Source: Pseudomonadota bacterium (GTDB lineage: Bacteria; Pseudomonadota; Gammaproteobacteria; Burkholderiales; Ferrovaceae). Taken from it: a stretch of 64,000 bases of DNA. Of this stretch, positions 8,744-18,680 are shown one piece after another (positions within the stretch are counted from its first letter, which is position 1; each line of letters starts with the position of its first letter). The translations under genes and the position numbers were made by a program. The DNA lies in contig JAJZPN010000005.1 of the NCBI GenBank assembly GCA_021811145.1, positions 15,409 through 79,408 on the forward strand, given 5' to 3'. The notes beneath the pieces were generated by a model. It made no database searches. It had not been told where the DNA came from and worked only from the letters and a program-made list of their open reading frames with translations.

Positions 8744-10670
8744 TTTCAAAAAACTGAAGTACTTCTTCTACCTTTCTGGTTCGTTTCATAGCAGGTAAAC
8801 TCATCCATATCCGCCGTCCATAGGATTTATCAATTAATCGCGGGTCACAAATCATTAATACACCTCGATCCTCTTCATCACGGATCAAGCGCCCTGCTCC
8901 TTGTTTTAAGGTAATCACGGCCTTAGGTAACTGATATTGCATAAAAGCATTACCCCCTGCTCGATTAATGGCATCAATACGTGCTGCTGTAATTGGATCA
9001 TCCGGTGGATTAAAAGGGAGTTTATCTATAATTACCAAAGATAACGCCTCTCCCTTTACATCAACACCTTCCCAAAATGAATGAGTGGCACACAAAATAC
9101 CATTCATAGATTGACGAAACTGATCCAATAACTCCATCTTGGTTTTTTCACCTTGTACTAGGCAAGTAAAATCTAATTCCTCTTCCTCTAACCACTCCCG
9201 AATTAACTTAGCCCCTTCTTGTAGTGCGCGATGAGTGGTAAATAATAAAAAGGTACGGCCTTGACTGGCTCTAATAATTGGTTTGGCTGTATCAATCACA
9301 GCCTCTGTATAATGGGTTTCGTTGGGTTGAGGTAACCCCATAGGCACATATAAAAGGCTATTTTCAGGATAATTAAACGGACTATCCCAACAATAGGTTA
9401 AGGCCTCATCCAAACCCATATCTCGAAGAAAATGCGAAAAGTCTCCCCGTAAAGACAAGGTTGCAGAGGTAAAAATCCATGCTTTATGCTGACTTTCTAT
9501 TTGTGCTTTAAAAATATCGGCTATAGATAATGGAGTGTAATGAAATTGAAGGGATTGTGTAAAACAATCTACCCACCGTATCGCATCACGCTCATCATGA
9601 TTTGGATTAAGCCACAAAGAAAAAAACTGATGTGCCTTATGCCACTGGCTGATAATCTTATCAAAGCCATCTGACTGACCAACAAACGGTGTCAAATAGG
9701 TATTTAAATGCCCTAAGTGAAGCAGTAACTGAGTTGCACTCTCAACAAATCCTGGAATAGATAAAACTGACTGGTAAGTCAATTTTCCGTCACGCTGAGT
9801 AAACAGTAATCTGATATCACGTAACCCTTTTTCAATCGGCAATATCATGTTATCCAGCTCTTCTCGAACTAATTGTTGAGCCACTCCCTCCACCACCATT
9901 TGGCGACCCAACTCAAGCCATTGTGCGGTTGATTGGCTTTGTCCAAAAAATAAAGTAGCCACATCAGGCAAGTGATGGGCTTCATCAAGAATAACCGTAC
10001 CAGCATTGGGTAACAGCTCAGCAGCCCCTTCATCACGAAGCATAATATCAGCAAAAAACAAATGGTGATTGACCACCACAAGATCGGCGGCAGCGGCTTT
10101 TTTTCTGGCATTTAAAACATAACAGTCACTCTGATGAGGACAGTCTTGACCAAGACAATTGTCCTTGGTGGAAGTTACTTGTGACCAGATGAGGGCATTT
10201 TCAGGCACACTAACACACTCACTTTTATCTCCCGTCTGAGTCACCCCAGCAAACTGTCGTATGGCATTGAGTTGATCAACTTGCTGTCGATCCCTTAAGC
10301 GTCCTTCAGTTAAGGTAAGATCAAGGTAATAGTGACATAAATAATTAGCACGTCCCTTTAATAACGAGACACTGATAGGTAACTTCATGACTTCACGTAA
10401 AAAAGGTAAGTCACGATGAAACAACTGATCCTGCAGTGTTTTGGTGCCAGTAGAGACAATCACTTTACCCGATGACAGTAAGGCTGGGACTAGATAAGCA
10501 TAGGTTTTTCCCGTACCCGTTCCCGCCTCCACAACAACCACTTGTTTTTCAGTAATGGCTTGATCAATGGTATTGGCCATAGCCAACTGTTGTTCACGTA
10601 CACGAAAGCCCTCTAGAGAAAGTGCTAGAGGGCCGTTTTCATTTAACCAATATTGAATGTCATTCATCAT
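8721..10670 (-). CDS. DinG/YoaA-family ATP-dependent DNA helicase (Fe-S helicase)
   Basis: Walker A EAGTGTGKT, DEAH box ILDEAHHL, and a Cys cluster CLGQDCPHQSDC between them. 649 aa. Confidence 0.8.
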   Translation of the reverse strand: MMNDIQYWLNENGPLALSLEGFRVREQQLAMANTIDQAITEKQVVVVEAGTGTGKTYAYLVPALLSSGKVIVSTGTKTLQDQLFHRDLPFLREVMKLPISVSLLKGRANYLCHYYLDLTLTEGRLRDRQQVDQLNAIRQFAGVTQTGDKSECVSVPENALIWSQVTSTKDNCLGQDCPHQSDCYVLNARKKAAAADLVVVNHHLFFADIMLRDEGAAELLPNAGTVILDEAHHLPDVATLFFGQSQSTAQWLELGRQMVVEGVAQQLVREELDNMILPIEKGLRDIRLLFTQRDGKLTYQSVLSIPGFVESATQLLLHLGHLNTYLTPFVGQSDGFDKIISQWHKAHQFFSLWLNPNHDERDAIRWVDCFTQSLQFHYTPLSIADIFKAQIESQHKAWIFTSATLSLRGDFSHFLRDMGLDEALTYCWDSPFNYPENSLLYVPMGLPQPNETHYTEAVIDTAKPIIRASQGRTFLLFTTHRALQEGAKLIREWLEEEELDFTCLVQGEKTKMELLDQFRQSMNGILCATHSFWEGVDVKGEALSLVIIDKLPFNPPDDPITAARIDAINRAGGNAFMQYQLPKAVITLKQGAGRLIRDEEDRGVLMICDPRLIDKSYGRRIWMSLPAMKRTRKVEEVLQFFETNSISVD

Positions 10671-10674
10671 CCAA

Positions 10675-13374
10675 TTAGTTTAACCCGTAACGACGGATAA
10701 ACCAGGTTTTCATAAGATGAGCCAAGATTAAATAACCAAATAAAATGGCTATTACATAGGGCCAGTAGCTCAGAGGCAAGGGAGTGAATCCTAGCGCGTG
10801 GGCAAAGGGTGAGTAAGGCAACCAGATACCCACAGTACAAATTAATACACTGGTGATAAACATAGGTAAACTTGCACGACTTTGGATAAAAGGAATACGT
10901 CCAGTACGAATGATGTGAATAATTAAGGTCTGTGATAAAAGTGACTCCACAAACCAACCTGTTTGAAATAAAGAAGCACCAGCTTCTGTATTGGCTTTAA
11001 AGACAAAATACATTATCGCAAAAGTAGCATAATCAAAAATCGAACTAATCGGCCCTACCATCACCATAAAACGGGTGATATTGGCAATATCCCAGCGTCG
11101 AGGCTTAGCGATATATTCCTCATCTACATTATCTGTAGGAATCGCTGTTTGAGAAAAATCGTAGAGCAAATTATTGGTTAATACTTGAATCGCTTGCATC
11201 GGTAAGAAAGGTAGCCAAGCAGAGGCACCTAATACACTGAACATATTACCAAAGTTAGAACTGGCACCCATTTTAATATACTTAACAATATTACCAAACA
11301 CACGGCGCCCTTCAATCACCCCTTCCTCTAGGACCATCAGGCTTTTTTCCAAGAGAATAATATCCGCTGATTCTTTAGCAATGTCCACCGCCGTATCAAC
11401 AGAAATACCCACATCAGCCGCTTTTAATGCCGGACCATCGTTAATGCCATCACCCATAAAGCCTACCACATGGTCACGCATATGAAGCGCTTTGATAACA
11501 CGTGCTTTTTGCGCAGGTGATAATTTGGCAAAAACAGATACACTTTCTGCTGCCTCAGCGAGCTCCTCATCTGTCATTTGTTCTAAGTCATTACCTAATA
11601 GGATCTTATCCACTTGTAACCCTACCTCACGACAGACTTTTCTCGTTACCACATCGTTGTCACCGGTTAGAATCTTAACAGCAACGCCATGGCGATTGAG
11701 TGCTGCAATGGCCTCACGAGCACTGTCTTTGGGTGGATCAAGAAATGCGATATAGCCCACTAAAGTTAAATCTGACTCATCTTTTACTGAATAAGTTTGC
11801 GGTGTAGGCGCTGTCTCTTTGTAAGCAATGGCAATCACTCTAAAGCCATCTTCATTGAGTTCGCGTGTAATATCAATAAGTTTAGTTAAATCTTCTTGGT
11901 TTAAGGGAATGCGCTCACCATTGACTTCAGCCTGGGTACAACAAGAGAATATTTCCTCAACAGCACCCTTACAAATCAGTAAATGACGCCCCTTTCCTTC
12001 AACCACAACAGACATACGTCGACGTTGAAAATCAAAGGGGATTTCATCCACTTTACGGTAGTTGACTCCAGTTCTTAGTTGTTCATTTAATCCTGCATAT
12101 TCCAATACCGCCACATCCAATAGGTTTTTTAAACCAGATTGATGAAAGCTATTTAAATAGGCGTACTCCAACACATCTTCATTTTCTTGACCATAAATAT
12201 CAACATGTTTTTCTAGAATGATTTTATCTTGGGTAAGCGTTCCTGTTTTATCAGTGCACAAGACATCCATCGCCCCAAAGTTTTGGATAGAGTTAAGTCG
12301 TTTAACAATGACTTTTTTGCGTGACATGGCAAGAGCACCCTTACCAAGGTTTACCGTCACAATCATTGGAAGCATTTCAGGGGTCAGTCCCACCGCCACG
12401 GCCACTGAAAACAAGAAAGCTTCCATCCAATCGCCCTTGGTAAATCCATTGATAACAAATACCAATGGCGTCATGATCATAATGAAACGAATCATCAGCC
12501 AGGTAAATTGATTAATTCCTCGGTCAAAGCTGGTTAACTGTCTTGTCTGCCCGACCATTTGGGCAAGACTACCAAAATAGGTTTGTGACCCAGTTTGTGC
12601 AATCACGGCTGTGGCAGTGCCACTGACAACGTTAGTGCCCATGAAACAGATATTGCTAAATTGCAACGGATCTTTTCCTTCCACTTGTTCAACTGCAGCA
12701 AACTTCTCAACGGGTAAAGCCTCACCTGTCAGAGAGGATTGATTGACAAACAAGTCTTTGGTTGAGAGCAAACGAACGTCTGCAGGGATCATGTCTCCTG
12801 CGGAGAGTTGAATAATATCTCCAGGGACTAAGGTATCAAGAGGGACTTCACGTCGTTGTGGTCCTGCTGGCGAGAGATGAATATTGAAATAGCGATTCAC
12901 TTCATCGGGTACACCACTGCGCCGATCTTTCCTTAATACAGTGGCTGTGGTACTTACCATTGCACGTAATCGCTCAGCTGCATTACTGGAGCGGAACTCT
13001 TGAACAAAGGTGAGAATAATACTCACTGCCACCATGATCACGATAATTAACGAGGCCTCTTTGTCGCCTAAATAAAAAGAAACAGCGGCCAAAATCAACA
13101 GCAAAACATTCAGTGGGTTTTTAAAATAGGACAATAGCTGTTTTACAGGTCCTTTGTGTTTCTCATGAACAATGGCATTGGGACCATATTGAGCAAGTCG
13201 CTCCTCCACTTCACGGTCGAGTAACCCCTCAAGGGAAGTATCAAGACGACGTAAGGCGATGTCCACATCCGATCCGGCAACGTCTAATAATATTCGATGA
13301 ATACGTTGATTCGTCGATGGCGTTGTTGGCTGGCGAGGGTTAAAACGTGATAAAAGCTGATTAATGTAGTCCAT
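10675..13374 (-). CDS. mgtA: Magnesium-translocating P-type ATPase MgtA
   Basis: 899 aa with the phosphorylation motif CTDKTGTLT, TGD, and GDGINDGPALKAADVGISV. N- and C-terminal TM topology is typical of MgtA/MgtB. Confidence 0.9.
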   Translation of the reverse strand: MDYINQLLSRFNPRQPTTPSTNQRIHRILLDVAGSDVDIALRRLDTSLEGLLDREVEERLAQYGPNAIVHEKHKGPVKQLLSYFKNPLNVLLLILAAVSFYLGDKEASLIIVIMVAVSIILTFVQEFRSSNAAERLRAMVSTTATVLRKDRRSGVPDEVNRYFNIHLSPAGPQRREVPLDTLVPGDIIQLSAGDMIPADVRLLSTKDLFVNQSSLTGEALPVEKFAAVEQVEGKDPLQFSNICFMGTNVVSGTATAVIAQTGSQTYFGSLAQMVGQTRQLTSFDRGINQFTWLMIRFIMIMTPLVFVINGFTKGDWMEAFLFSVAVAVGLTPEMLPMIVTVNLGKGALAMSRKKVIVKRLNSIQNFGAMDVLCTDKTGTLTQDKIILEKHVDIYGQENEDVLEYAYLNSFHQSGLKNLLDVAVLEYAGLNEQLRTGVNYRKVDEIPFDFQRRRMSVVVEGKGRHLLICKGAVEEIFSCCTQAEVNGERIPLNQEDLTKLIDITRELNEDGFRVIAIAYKETAPTPQTYSVKDESDLTLVGYIAFLDPPKDSAREAIAALNRHGVAVKILTGDNDVVTRKVCREVGLQVDKILLGNDLEQMTDEELAEAAESVSVFAKLSPAQKARVIKALHMRDHVVGFMGDGINDGPALKAADVGISVDTAVDIAKESADIILLEKSLMVLEEGVIEGRRVFGNIVKYIKMGASSNFGNMFSVLGASAWLPFLPMQAIQVLTNNLLYDFSQTAIPTDNVDEEYIAKPRRWDIANITRFMVMVGPISSIFDYATFAIMYFVFKANTEAGASLFQTGWFVESLLSQTLIIHIIRTGRIPFIQSRASLPMFITSVLICTVGIWLPYSPFAHALGFTPLPLSYWPYVIAILFGYLILAHLMKTWFIRRYGLN

Positions 13375-13523
13375 AGTACCTCAATTCTTTATCTTTAGAA
13401 TTGAGTCATATGAACGTTACACGTTGATGACAGAAGTAAACTCTAAAGAATAAAGTTGCAAAAATGTTGTATTTCAGTAGCACAATCCAAGATGGATTTA
13501 CTCCCTTCACGATAAAAAAAGTG

Positions 13524-13552
13524 ATTGTCCTCTGCAAGCCTTACCCTGTCAA
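13524..13552 (-). promoter_or_regulatory. Putative sigma-70 promoter of mgtA (TTGACA-17 nt-GACAAT)
   Basis: Minus strand reads ttgaca gggtaaggcttgcagag gacaat. The -35 is at 13547-13552 and the -10 at 13524-13529. It lies ~150 nt upstream of the mgtA ATG. Confidence 0.5.
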
Positions 13553-13584
13553 CCTTTTTCCATGATTTGCTGGACTTTTTTTCG

Positions 13585-13610
13585 CCTCACTCCATCGACA
13601 TGGAGTGAGG
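13585..13610 (-). terminator. 11-bp perfect hairpin 15 nt downstream of the clpB stop; terminator-like but without a 3' U-tract in the clpB orientation
   Basis: cctcactccat-cgac-atggagtgagg. The minus strand is followed by cgaaaaaaag (an A-run, not a U-run). Confidence 0.4.
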
Positions 13611-13624
13611 TGAGCGTCAACGCT

Positions 13625-16201
13625 TTATTTAGAAAAAATAAACTTACCTTGTTTATTGATATCCACACGAATCACATCCTTAGGAGCGAAAGAGCCATCA
13701 AGAATTTTAACGGCTAACGGATTTTCTAATTCGTTTTGAATAGCACGTTTCAATGGCCGCGCACCATAAACGGGATCAAACCCAACCTCAGCCAATTGCT
13801 CCAATGCTTTATCAGAAACGTCTAGGGTTAAATCCATTTTACCCAAACGTGAAGATAACGCATGTAACTGAATAGCTGCTATGGATTTCACCGCTTGTTG
13901 TCCAAGGCTATTAAATACCACTATCTCATCGATACGGTTGACAAACTCAGGTCTGAAATGGCTTTTTACCTCACCTAACACAGCGAGTTTAATTACCGCA
14001 TTGTCATCTCCCTCCATTTGTTGAATCATTTGCGAGCCCAAATTAGAGGTCATCACAATGACAGTGTTTTTAAAATCAACCGTTCTGCCCTGTCCATCGG
14101 TTAAGCGGCCATCATCTAATACCTGCAACAGGACATTAAACACATCAGGATGAGCCTTTTCAACTTCATCCAGTAAAATCACACTATAAGGCTTACGACG
14201 TACCGCCTCTGTTAAATATCCCCCTTCCTCATACCCCACATATCCAGGCGGCGCTCCAATTAATCGTGCTACGGTATGTTTTTCCATAAACTCAGACATA
14301 TCAACACGGATTAAATGCTCCTCTGAGTCAAACAAGAATTGCGCTAAGGTTTTACATAATTCAGTTTTACCTACTCCGGTAGGTCCTAAAAAGAGGAATG
14401 ACCCATAAGGCTTATTAGGGTCACTCAACCCTGAGCGTGAGCGCCGAATAGCGTTTGAGACGATCTCTACCGCTTCCTCTTGCCCTACCACACGCTCTCT
14501 TAAATAGGATTCCATTTTCAGTAATTTTTCGCGCTCTCCTTGCATCATTTTGGATACAGGTATACCAGTTGCCCGAGAGACCACTTCGGCGATTTCCTCT
14601 GCTCCTACCTGAGTACGCAATAATTGATTATCTTTGGGTTGTTGTGGTGTGGTAGTAAGAGTTAATCTCGCTTCAAGCTCTGGGATCTTGGCGTATTTGA
14701 GCTCTGATGCTTTTTGTAGATCGCCACTGCGTTGGGCAGCTTCCATTTCAGCGCGCACACGATCAAGCTCTTCTTTTACATGTTGCGTCCCTTGAAGTTG
14801 GGCCTTTTCAGTTTTCCAAATTTCTTCTAAATCAGCATATTCAATTTCTAGTTTATTAATTTCTTCTTCAAGTAAGGCTAAGCGTTTTTGTGACGCTTCA
14901 TCAGTTTCTTTTCTGACCGCTTCACGTTCAATTTTAAGTTGAATTAAACGACGGAATAGTTTGTCCATGGATTCAGGTTTTGAATCAATTTCCATTTTAA
15001 TTCTGGCTGCAGCCTCATCAATCAAATCAATGGCCTTATCAGGCAAGAATCGATCGGTAATGTAGCGATGCGATAATTCAGCTGCCGCAACAATGGCAGG
15101 ATCCGTGATATCGACGCCGTGATGGATCTCATACTTCTCTTGTAAACCACGTAGAATCGCAATGGTGTCCTCAACAGAGGGCTCCCCTACCAATACCTTC
15201 TGAAAGCGTCTTTCTAGTGCAGCATCTTTTTCAATAAATTGACGGTATTCATTTAAGGTTGTGGCACCTACGCAATGTAATTCACCACGTGCTAGAGCAG
15301 GCTTTAGCATATTGCCTGCATCCATAGCCCCTTCTGCTTTCCCTGCCCCCACCATGGTATGTATTTCATCAATAAAGACAATCGTCTGACCTTCGTCTTG
15401 GGCCAATTCTTTTAAAACAGATTTAAGTCTTTCTTCAAATTCTCCACGATACTTGGCCCCAGCAAGTAGCGCTGCCATATCAAGGCTTAATACTCTTTTA
15501 TTTTTAAGTGACTCGGGTACTTCGTTATTAATAATGCGTTGAGCAAGGCCTTCAACAATAGCTGTTTTTCCGACACCAGGCTCACCAATGAGTACAGGAT
15601 TATTTTTTGTTCTTCTTTGTAGGATTTGAATTACTCGGCGAATTTCATCATCTCGCCCAATCACTGGATCAAGCTTCCCAAGCTGCGCACGCTCAGTTAA
15701 GTCAATGGTGTATTTCTTCAATGCTTCACGTTGCGACTCGGCAGCAGAGTGACTCACTGATTCACCACCTCGTAGCGCAGTAATTGCCGCTTCAAGGCGT
15801 GATCGCTGAGCCCCTGCTTGTTTAAATAAACGCCCTGTCTCTCCTTTATCTTCAAGAACTGCTAGTAAAAATAATTCAGAGGCAATAAACTGATCCTGGC
15901 GCTTTTGTGCCTCACGATCAGTAATATTTAGTAAATTAGAGAGATCACGAGAAACATTGATTTCTCCTGCCGTACCTTGAACTTTGGGTAATTTTTTGAT
16001 GGCCTCATCCAGGGCTTGTTTGAGCGAATTCACTTGTACATCAGCACGCGTGAGGAGAGATGCTGTACTCCCATCTGCTTGATTAATTAATGCCAACAGC
16101 AAATGATGAGGCTCAATAAAGCCATTATCATGGCCGATAGCTAAGGACTGCGCATCAGCAAACGCTTCTTGGAAACGACTGGTTAATTTATCAAATCGCA
16201 T
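13625..16201 (-). CDS. clpB: Chaperone/disaggregase ClpB (AAA+ Hsp100)
   Basis: 858 aa with two AAA modules (GEPGVGKT and GPTGVGKT), a long coiled-coil middle domain and a Clp_N start. Confidence 0.95.
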   Translation of the reverse strand: MRFDKLTSRFQEAFADAQSLAIGHDNGFIEPHHLLLALINQADGSTASLLTRADVQVNSLKQALDEAIKKLPKVQGTAGEINVSRDLSNLLNITDREAQKRQDQFIASELFLLAVLEDKGETGRLFKQAGAQRSRLEAAITALRGGESVSHSAAESQREALKKYTIDLTERAQLGKLDPVIGRDDEIRRVIQILQRRTKNNPVLIGEPGVGKTAIVEGLAQRIINNEVPESLKNKRVLSLDMAALLAGAKYRGEFEERLKSVLKELAQDEGQTIVFIDEIHTMVGAGKAEGAMDAGNMLKPALARGELHCVGATTLNEYRQFIEKDAALERRFQKVLVGEPSVEDTIAILRGLQEKYEIHHGVDITDPAIVAAAELSHRYITDRFLPDKAIDLIDEAAARIKMEIDSKPESMDKLFRRLIQLKIEREAVRKETDEASQKRLALLEEEINKLEIEYADLEEIWKTEKAQLQGTQHVKEELDRVRAEMEAAQRSGDLQKASELKYAKIPELEARLTLTTTPQQPKDNQLLRTQVGAEEIAEVVSRATGIPVSKMMQGEREKLLKMESYLRERVVGQEEAVEIVSNAIRRSRSGLSDPNKPYGSFLFLGPTGVGKTELCKTLAQFLFDSEEHLIRVDMSEFMEKHTVARLIGAPPGYVGYEEGGYLTEAVRRKPYSVILLDEVEKAHPDVFNVLLQVLDDGRLTDGQGRTVDFKNTVIVMTSNLGSQMIQQMEGDDNAVIKLAVLGEVKSHFRPEFVNRIDEIVVFNSLGQQAVKSIAAIQLHALSSRLGKMDLTLDVSDKALEQLAEVGFDPVYGARPLKRAIQNELENPLAVKILDGSFAPKDVIRVDINKQGKFIFSK

Positions 16202-16234
16202 GACTTATTCCTTTGTAAACTGTGATTAATAGTT

Positions 16235-16262
16235 AAATGGGGTAAATTTAGCTAAAAACAAG
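16235..16262 (-). promoter_or_regulatory. Sigma-32 (heat-shock) type promoter of clpB
   Basis: Minus strand reads CTTGTTT-13 nt-CCCCATTT, against the consensus CTTGAAA-N13-14-CCCCATnT. It ends ~33 nt upstream of the clpB ATG. Confidence 0.6.
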
Positions 16263-16328
16263 GGGGAGAATTGATTTTATGTTAGGATACAAACTAATTA
16301 TTTACTATGATATCTAGAGGTTTTCTCT

Positions 16329-17057
16329 ATGTTTTCACGTCTGCATTTTGTTATTTATTTGTTATGTAGTGGCTTATTGTTACTGTTAACTGGCTGTACC
16401 AGTATTCCCCCAGGACAAGAGGATCCTAAGGATCCCTTACAAAGTTACAATCGGTCCATGTATAAATTTAACGAAGGCCTAGACAGTTATGTAATAAAGC
16501 CAGTGGCCCAAGGTTACAAAACAGTAACTCCAGGTTTTTTTCGTGATGGTATCAGTAACTTTTTTAGCAATATTGGTGATATTACTGTCTTTCTTAATGA
16601 CTTATTGCAAGGTAAAGTCACTCAAGGAGGTGAAGATGCTGGGCGCTTTGTAGTCAATACAACAGTGGGATTACTCGGTTTCATTGATGTCGCTAAACAT
16701 ATTGGATTAGAAAAACACAATGAAGATTTTGGTCAAACCTTGGCTGTGTGGGGATGGGATGAGAGCCCTTACCTCGTTCTGCCACTACTTGGCCCATCCA
16801 CCATTCGTGATGGACTCGGTTTAGCAGCAGCCTACCCCTTTAGTTTCTATGCCAACAGCCATGCTAATAACACCCATTTAACAGAAATCGGGGCGTTAGA
16901 GGTGGTTAATACCCGCTCAGGATTACTAGCTGCAACTAATGTGTTACAAACTGCTGCCTTAGATCCCTATACTTTTGTGCGTGATGCTTATTTACAACGA
17001 CGTAGAAATTTAATATATGACGGTCATCCTCCTCATCACAAAGAGGATGACGAGTGA
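16329..17057 (+). CDS. mlaA: Outer-membrane lipid asymmetry lipoprotein MlaA (VacJ)
   Basis: Lipobox LLLTGC, then DPLQSYNRSMYKFNEGLD...PVAQGYK, typical of MlaA/VacJ. Confidence 0.85.
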   Translation: MFSRLHFVIYLLCSGLLLLLTGCTSIPPGQEDPKDPLQSYNRSMYKFNEGLDSYVIKPVAQGYKTVTPGFFRDGISNFFSNIGDITVFLNDLLQGKVTQGGEDAGRFVVNTTVGLLGFIDVAKHIGLEKHNEDFGQTLAVWGWDESPYLVLPLLGPSTIRDGLGLAAAYPFSFYANSHANNTHLTEIGALEVVNTRSGLLAATNVLQTAALDPYTFVRDAYLQRRRNLIYDGHPPHHKEDDE

Positions 17058-17064
17058 GTAAGAG

Positions 17065-17508
17065 TTAGTCTTTCAGAGATTGTTTAAAACCGAAGGCTTT
17101 GATGACAAAGCCTTCTTTAAAGTAAAAACGATGGGCCTGTTCGCGTTGAGTCCCTGATTCAAGTTCAATACTCACGCATCCCCGTTGACGTCCTACCTCT
17201 TTCAAATAGTCCATCATCAAATGCCCAACTCCTTTAATAGGCGCTTTGGGATCAGCCACCAAATCCTCACTATAGATTTTTCTACCCACCATAGTATTGG
17301 TGGTAATACGAAAAACCACTAAACCACATAAGGTATTCCCTTCCATGGCCACAGCCATTTCAGCCCCTGTTTGAAATACTTCTTGCATGGACTCAACATA
17401 GGGGCTAGGAATATTGGGTCTCAATGTGCGATGCAGTGATTCAGCTTGACGTAATAAATCCTCTCTGACAATCGATCGATCTACTCCTGTAATGGCTATC
17501 ATATCCAT
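17065..17508 (-). CDS. GNAT-family N-acetyltransferase
   Basis: 147 aa with a GVGHLMMDYL motif-A-like segment and the C-terminal FYFKEGF pattern typical of GNAT. Confidence 0.65.
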   Translation of the reverse strand: MDMIAITGVDRSIVREDLLRQAESLHRTLRPNIPSPYVESMQEVFQTGAEMAVAMEGNTLCGLVVFRITTNTMVGRKIYSEDLVADPKAPIKGVGHLMMDYLKEVGRQRGCVSIELESGTQREQAHRFYFKEGFVIKAFGFKQSLKD

Positions 17509-17541
17509 CTTGGTCTCCTCCCCCTTTATGGTTTTTATAAA

Positions 17542-18660
17542 CTAGCGAATATATTTTTCCATTAAACGACTAATTACCGTTTTCTCAGCTGCGATTTGAT
17601 GTGGCTGCTCGCTTTGCATAATGGCTGTATCAGGATCTTTTAAACCGTGTCCAGTTAATGTCGCGACCACCACTGAACCATTCTTAAATTTACCACGCGC
17701 TAAGTCTTTTTTAAGGCCTGCTAGAGAAGTCGCTGATGAGGGCTCACAGAATACCCCTTCAAATTGAGCCAACTCCTTTTGTGTGGCTAAAATTTCTGCA
17801 TCAGTGCACTCATCAAACCAACCTTGAGATTCATTGACAGCAGCCCAAGCCAAGTCCCAAGACATGGGGTTACCAATACGAATCGCTGTAGCGATGGTCT
17901 CAGGATTTTTAACTGCCCCACCGCGCAAGAAAGGCGCAGCACCGGCTGCTTGATAGCCCACCATCACAGGACGATTGGTGGTTAAAGACGTGGTATGGTA
18001 AGGGCACTGTCCATGACACAATCCACAGGCTTTAGTCTGTTGGCATGTGGCCTCACTGTAACCCATCCAGTGAGCACTGATATTACCAGCGTTACCCACT
18101 GGTAACACATGATAATCAGGTGCTCGCCCAAGGGCCTCGATAATTTCAAACGCAATGGTTTTTTGACCTTGTAGGCGATAAGGATTGACTGAGTTAACTA
18201 AAGCCACAGGTAAATCTTCAGCTAGTTCTTGAACCAACTGCATACCATCATCAAAATTACCCTGTATCTGTAACACAATCGAGCCATGCATCATGGCTTG
18301 AGCAAGTTTGCCAAGAGCGATTTTTCCATCGGGAATTAATACAAAGGATTGAATACCAGCGCGTGCTGCATAAGCCGCTGCTGCTGCTGAGGTATTACCC
18401 GTACTGGCACAAATAATAGCTTTAGCACCCGCTTCAACCGCTTTAGTGACAGCCATCGTCATACCTCTGTCTTTAAATGATCCGGTTGGATTGAGCCCTT
18501 CAAACTTCACCAAAATACGGCCATCAAATCCCCACTGCTTAGGTAAATGGTGTAGCTCAATTAATGGGGTATTTCCCTCATTAAGAGAAATAATAGGAGT
18601 ACTGTCGGTAACCGGTAACCGGTCACGATAACGATGAATTAAACCTTGGTAATGACTCAT
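17542..18660 (-). CDS. thrC: Threonine synthase ThrC (short, Bacillus/Mycobacterium-type)
   Basis: PLP lysine motif GLNPTGSFKDRG plus ASTGNTSA and GNAGNISA. Sits downstream of hom. Contains an extra Cys-rich segment (see findings). Confidence 0.9.
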   Translation of the reverse strand: MSHYQGLIHRYRDRLPVTDSTPIISLNEGNTPLIELHHLPKQWGFDGRILVKFEGLNPTGSFKDRGMTMAVTKAVEAGAKAIICASTGNTSAAAAAYAARAGIQSFVLIPDGKIALGKLAQAMMHGSIVLQIQGNFDDGMQLVQELAEDLPVALVNSVNPYRLQGQKTIAFEIIEALGRAPDYHVLPVGNAGNISAHWMGYSEATCQQTKACGLCHGQCPYHTTSLTTNRPVMVGYQAAGAAPFLRGGAVKNPETIATAIRIGNPMSWDLAWAAVNESQGWFDECTDAEILATQKELAQFEGVFCEPSSATSLAGLKKDLARGKFKNGSVVVATLTGHGLKDPDTAIMQSEQPHQIAAEKTVISRLMEKYIR

Positions 18661-18680
18661 TTTCTCTCCCCTATTAATGA

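Noticed and set aside
10667-10957. ORF 10667..10957 (-), 96 aa
   Set aside because: It is an alternative frame over the mgtA 3' end, and the MgtA C-terminal TM helices are clearly encoded in the other frame.
13585-13610. Canonical rho-independent terminator for clpB
   Set aside because: The 11-bp hairpin is real, but in the clpB orientation it is followed by an A-run rather than a U-run. I kept it only as a low-confidence terminator-like structure.
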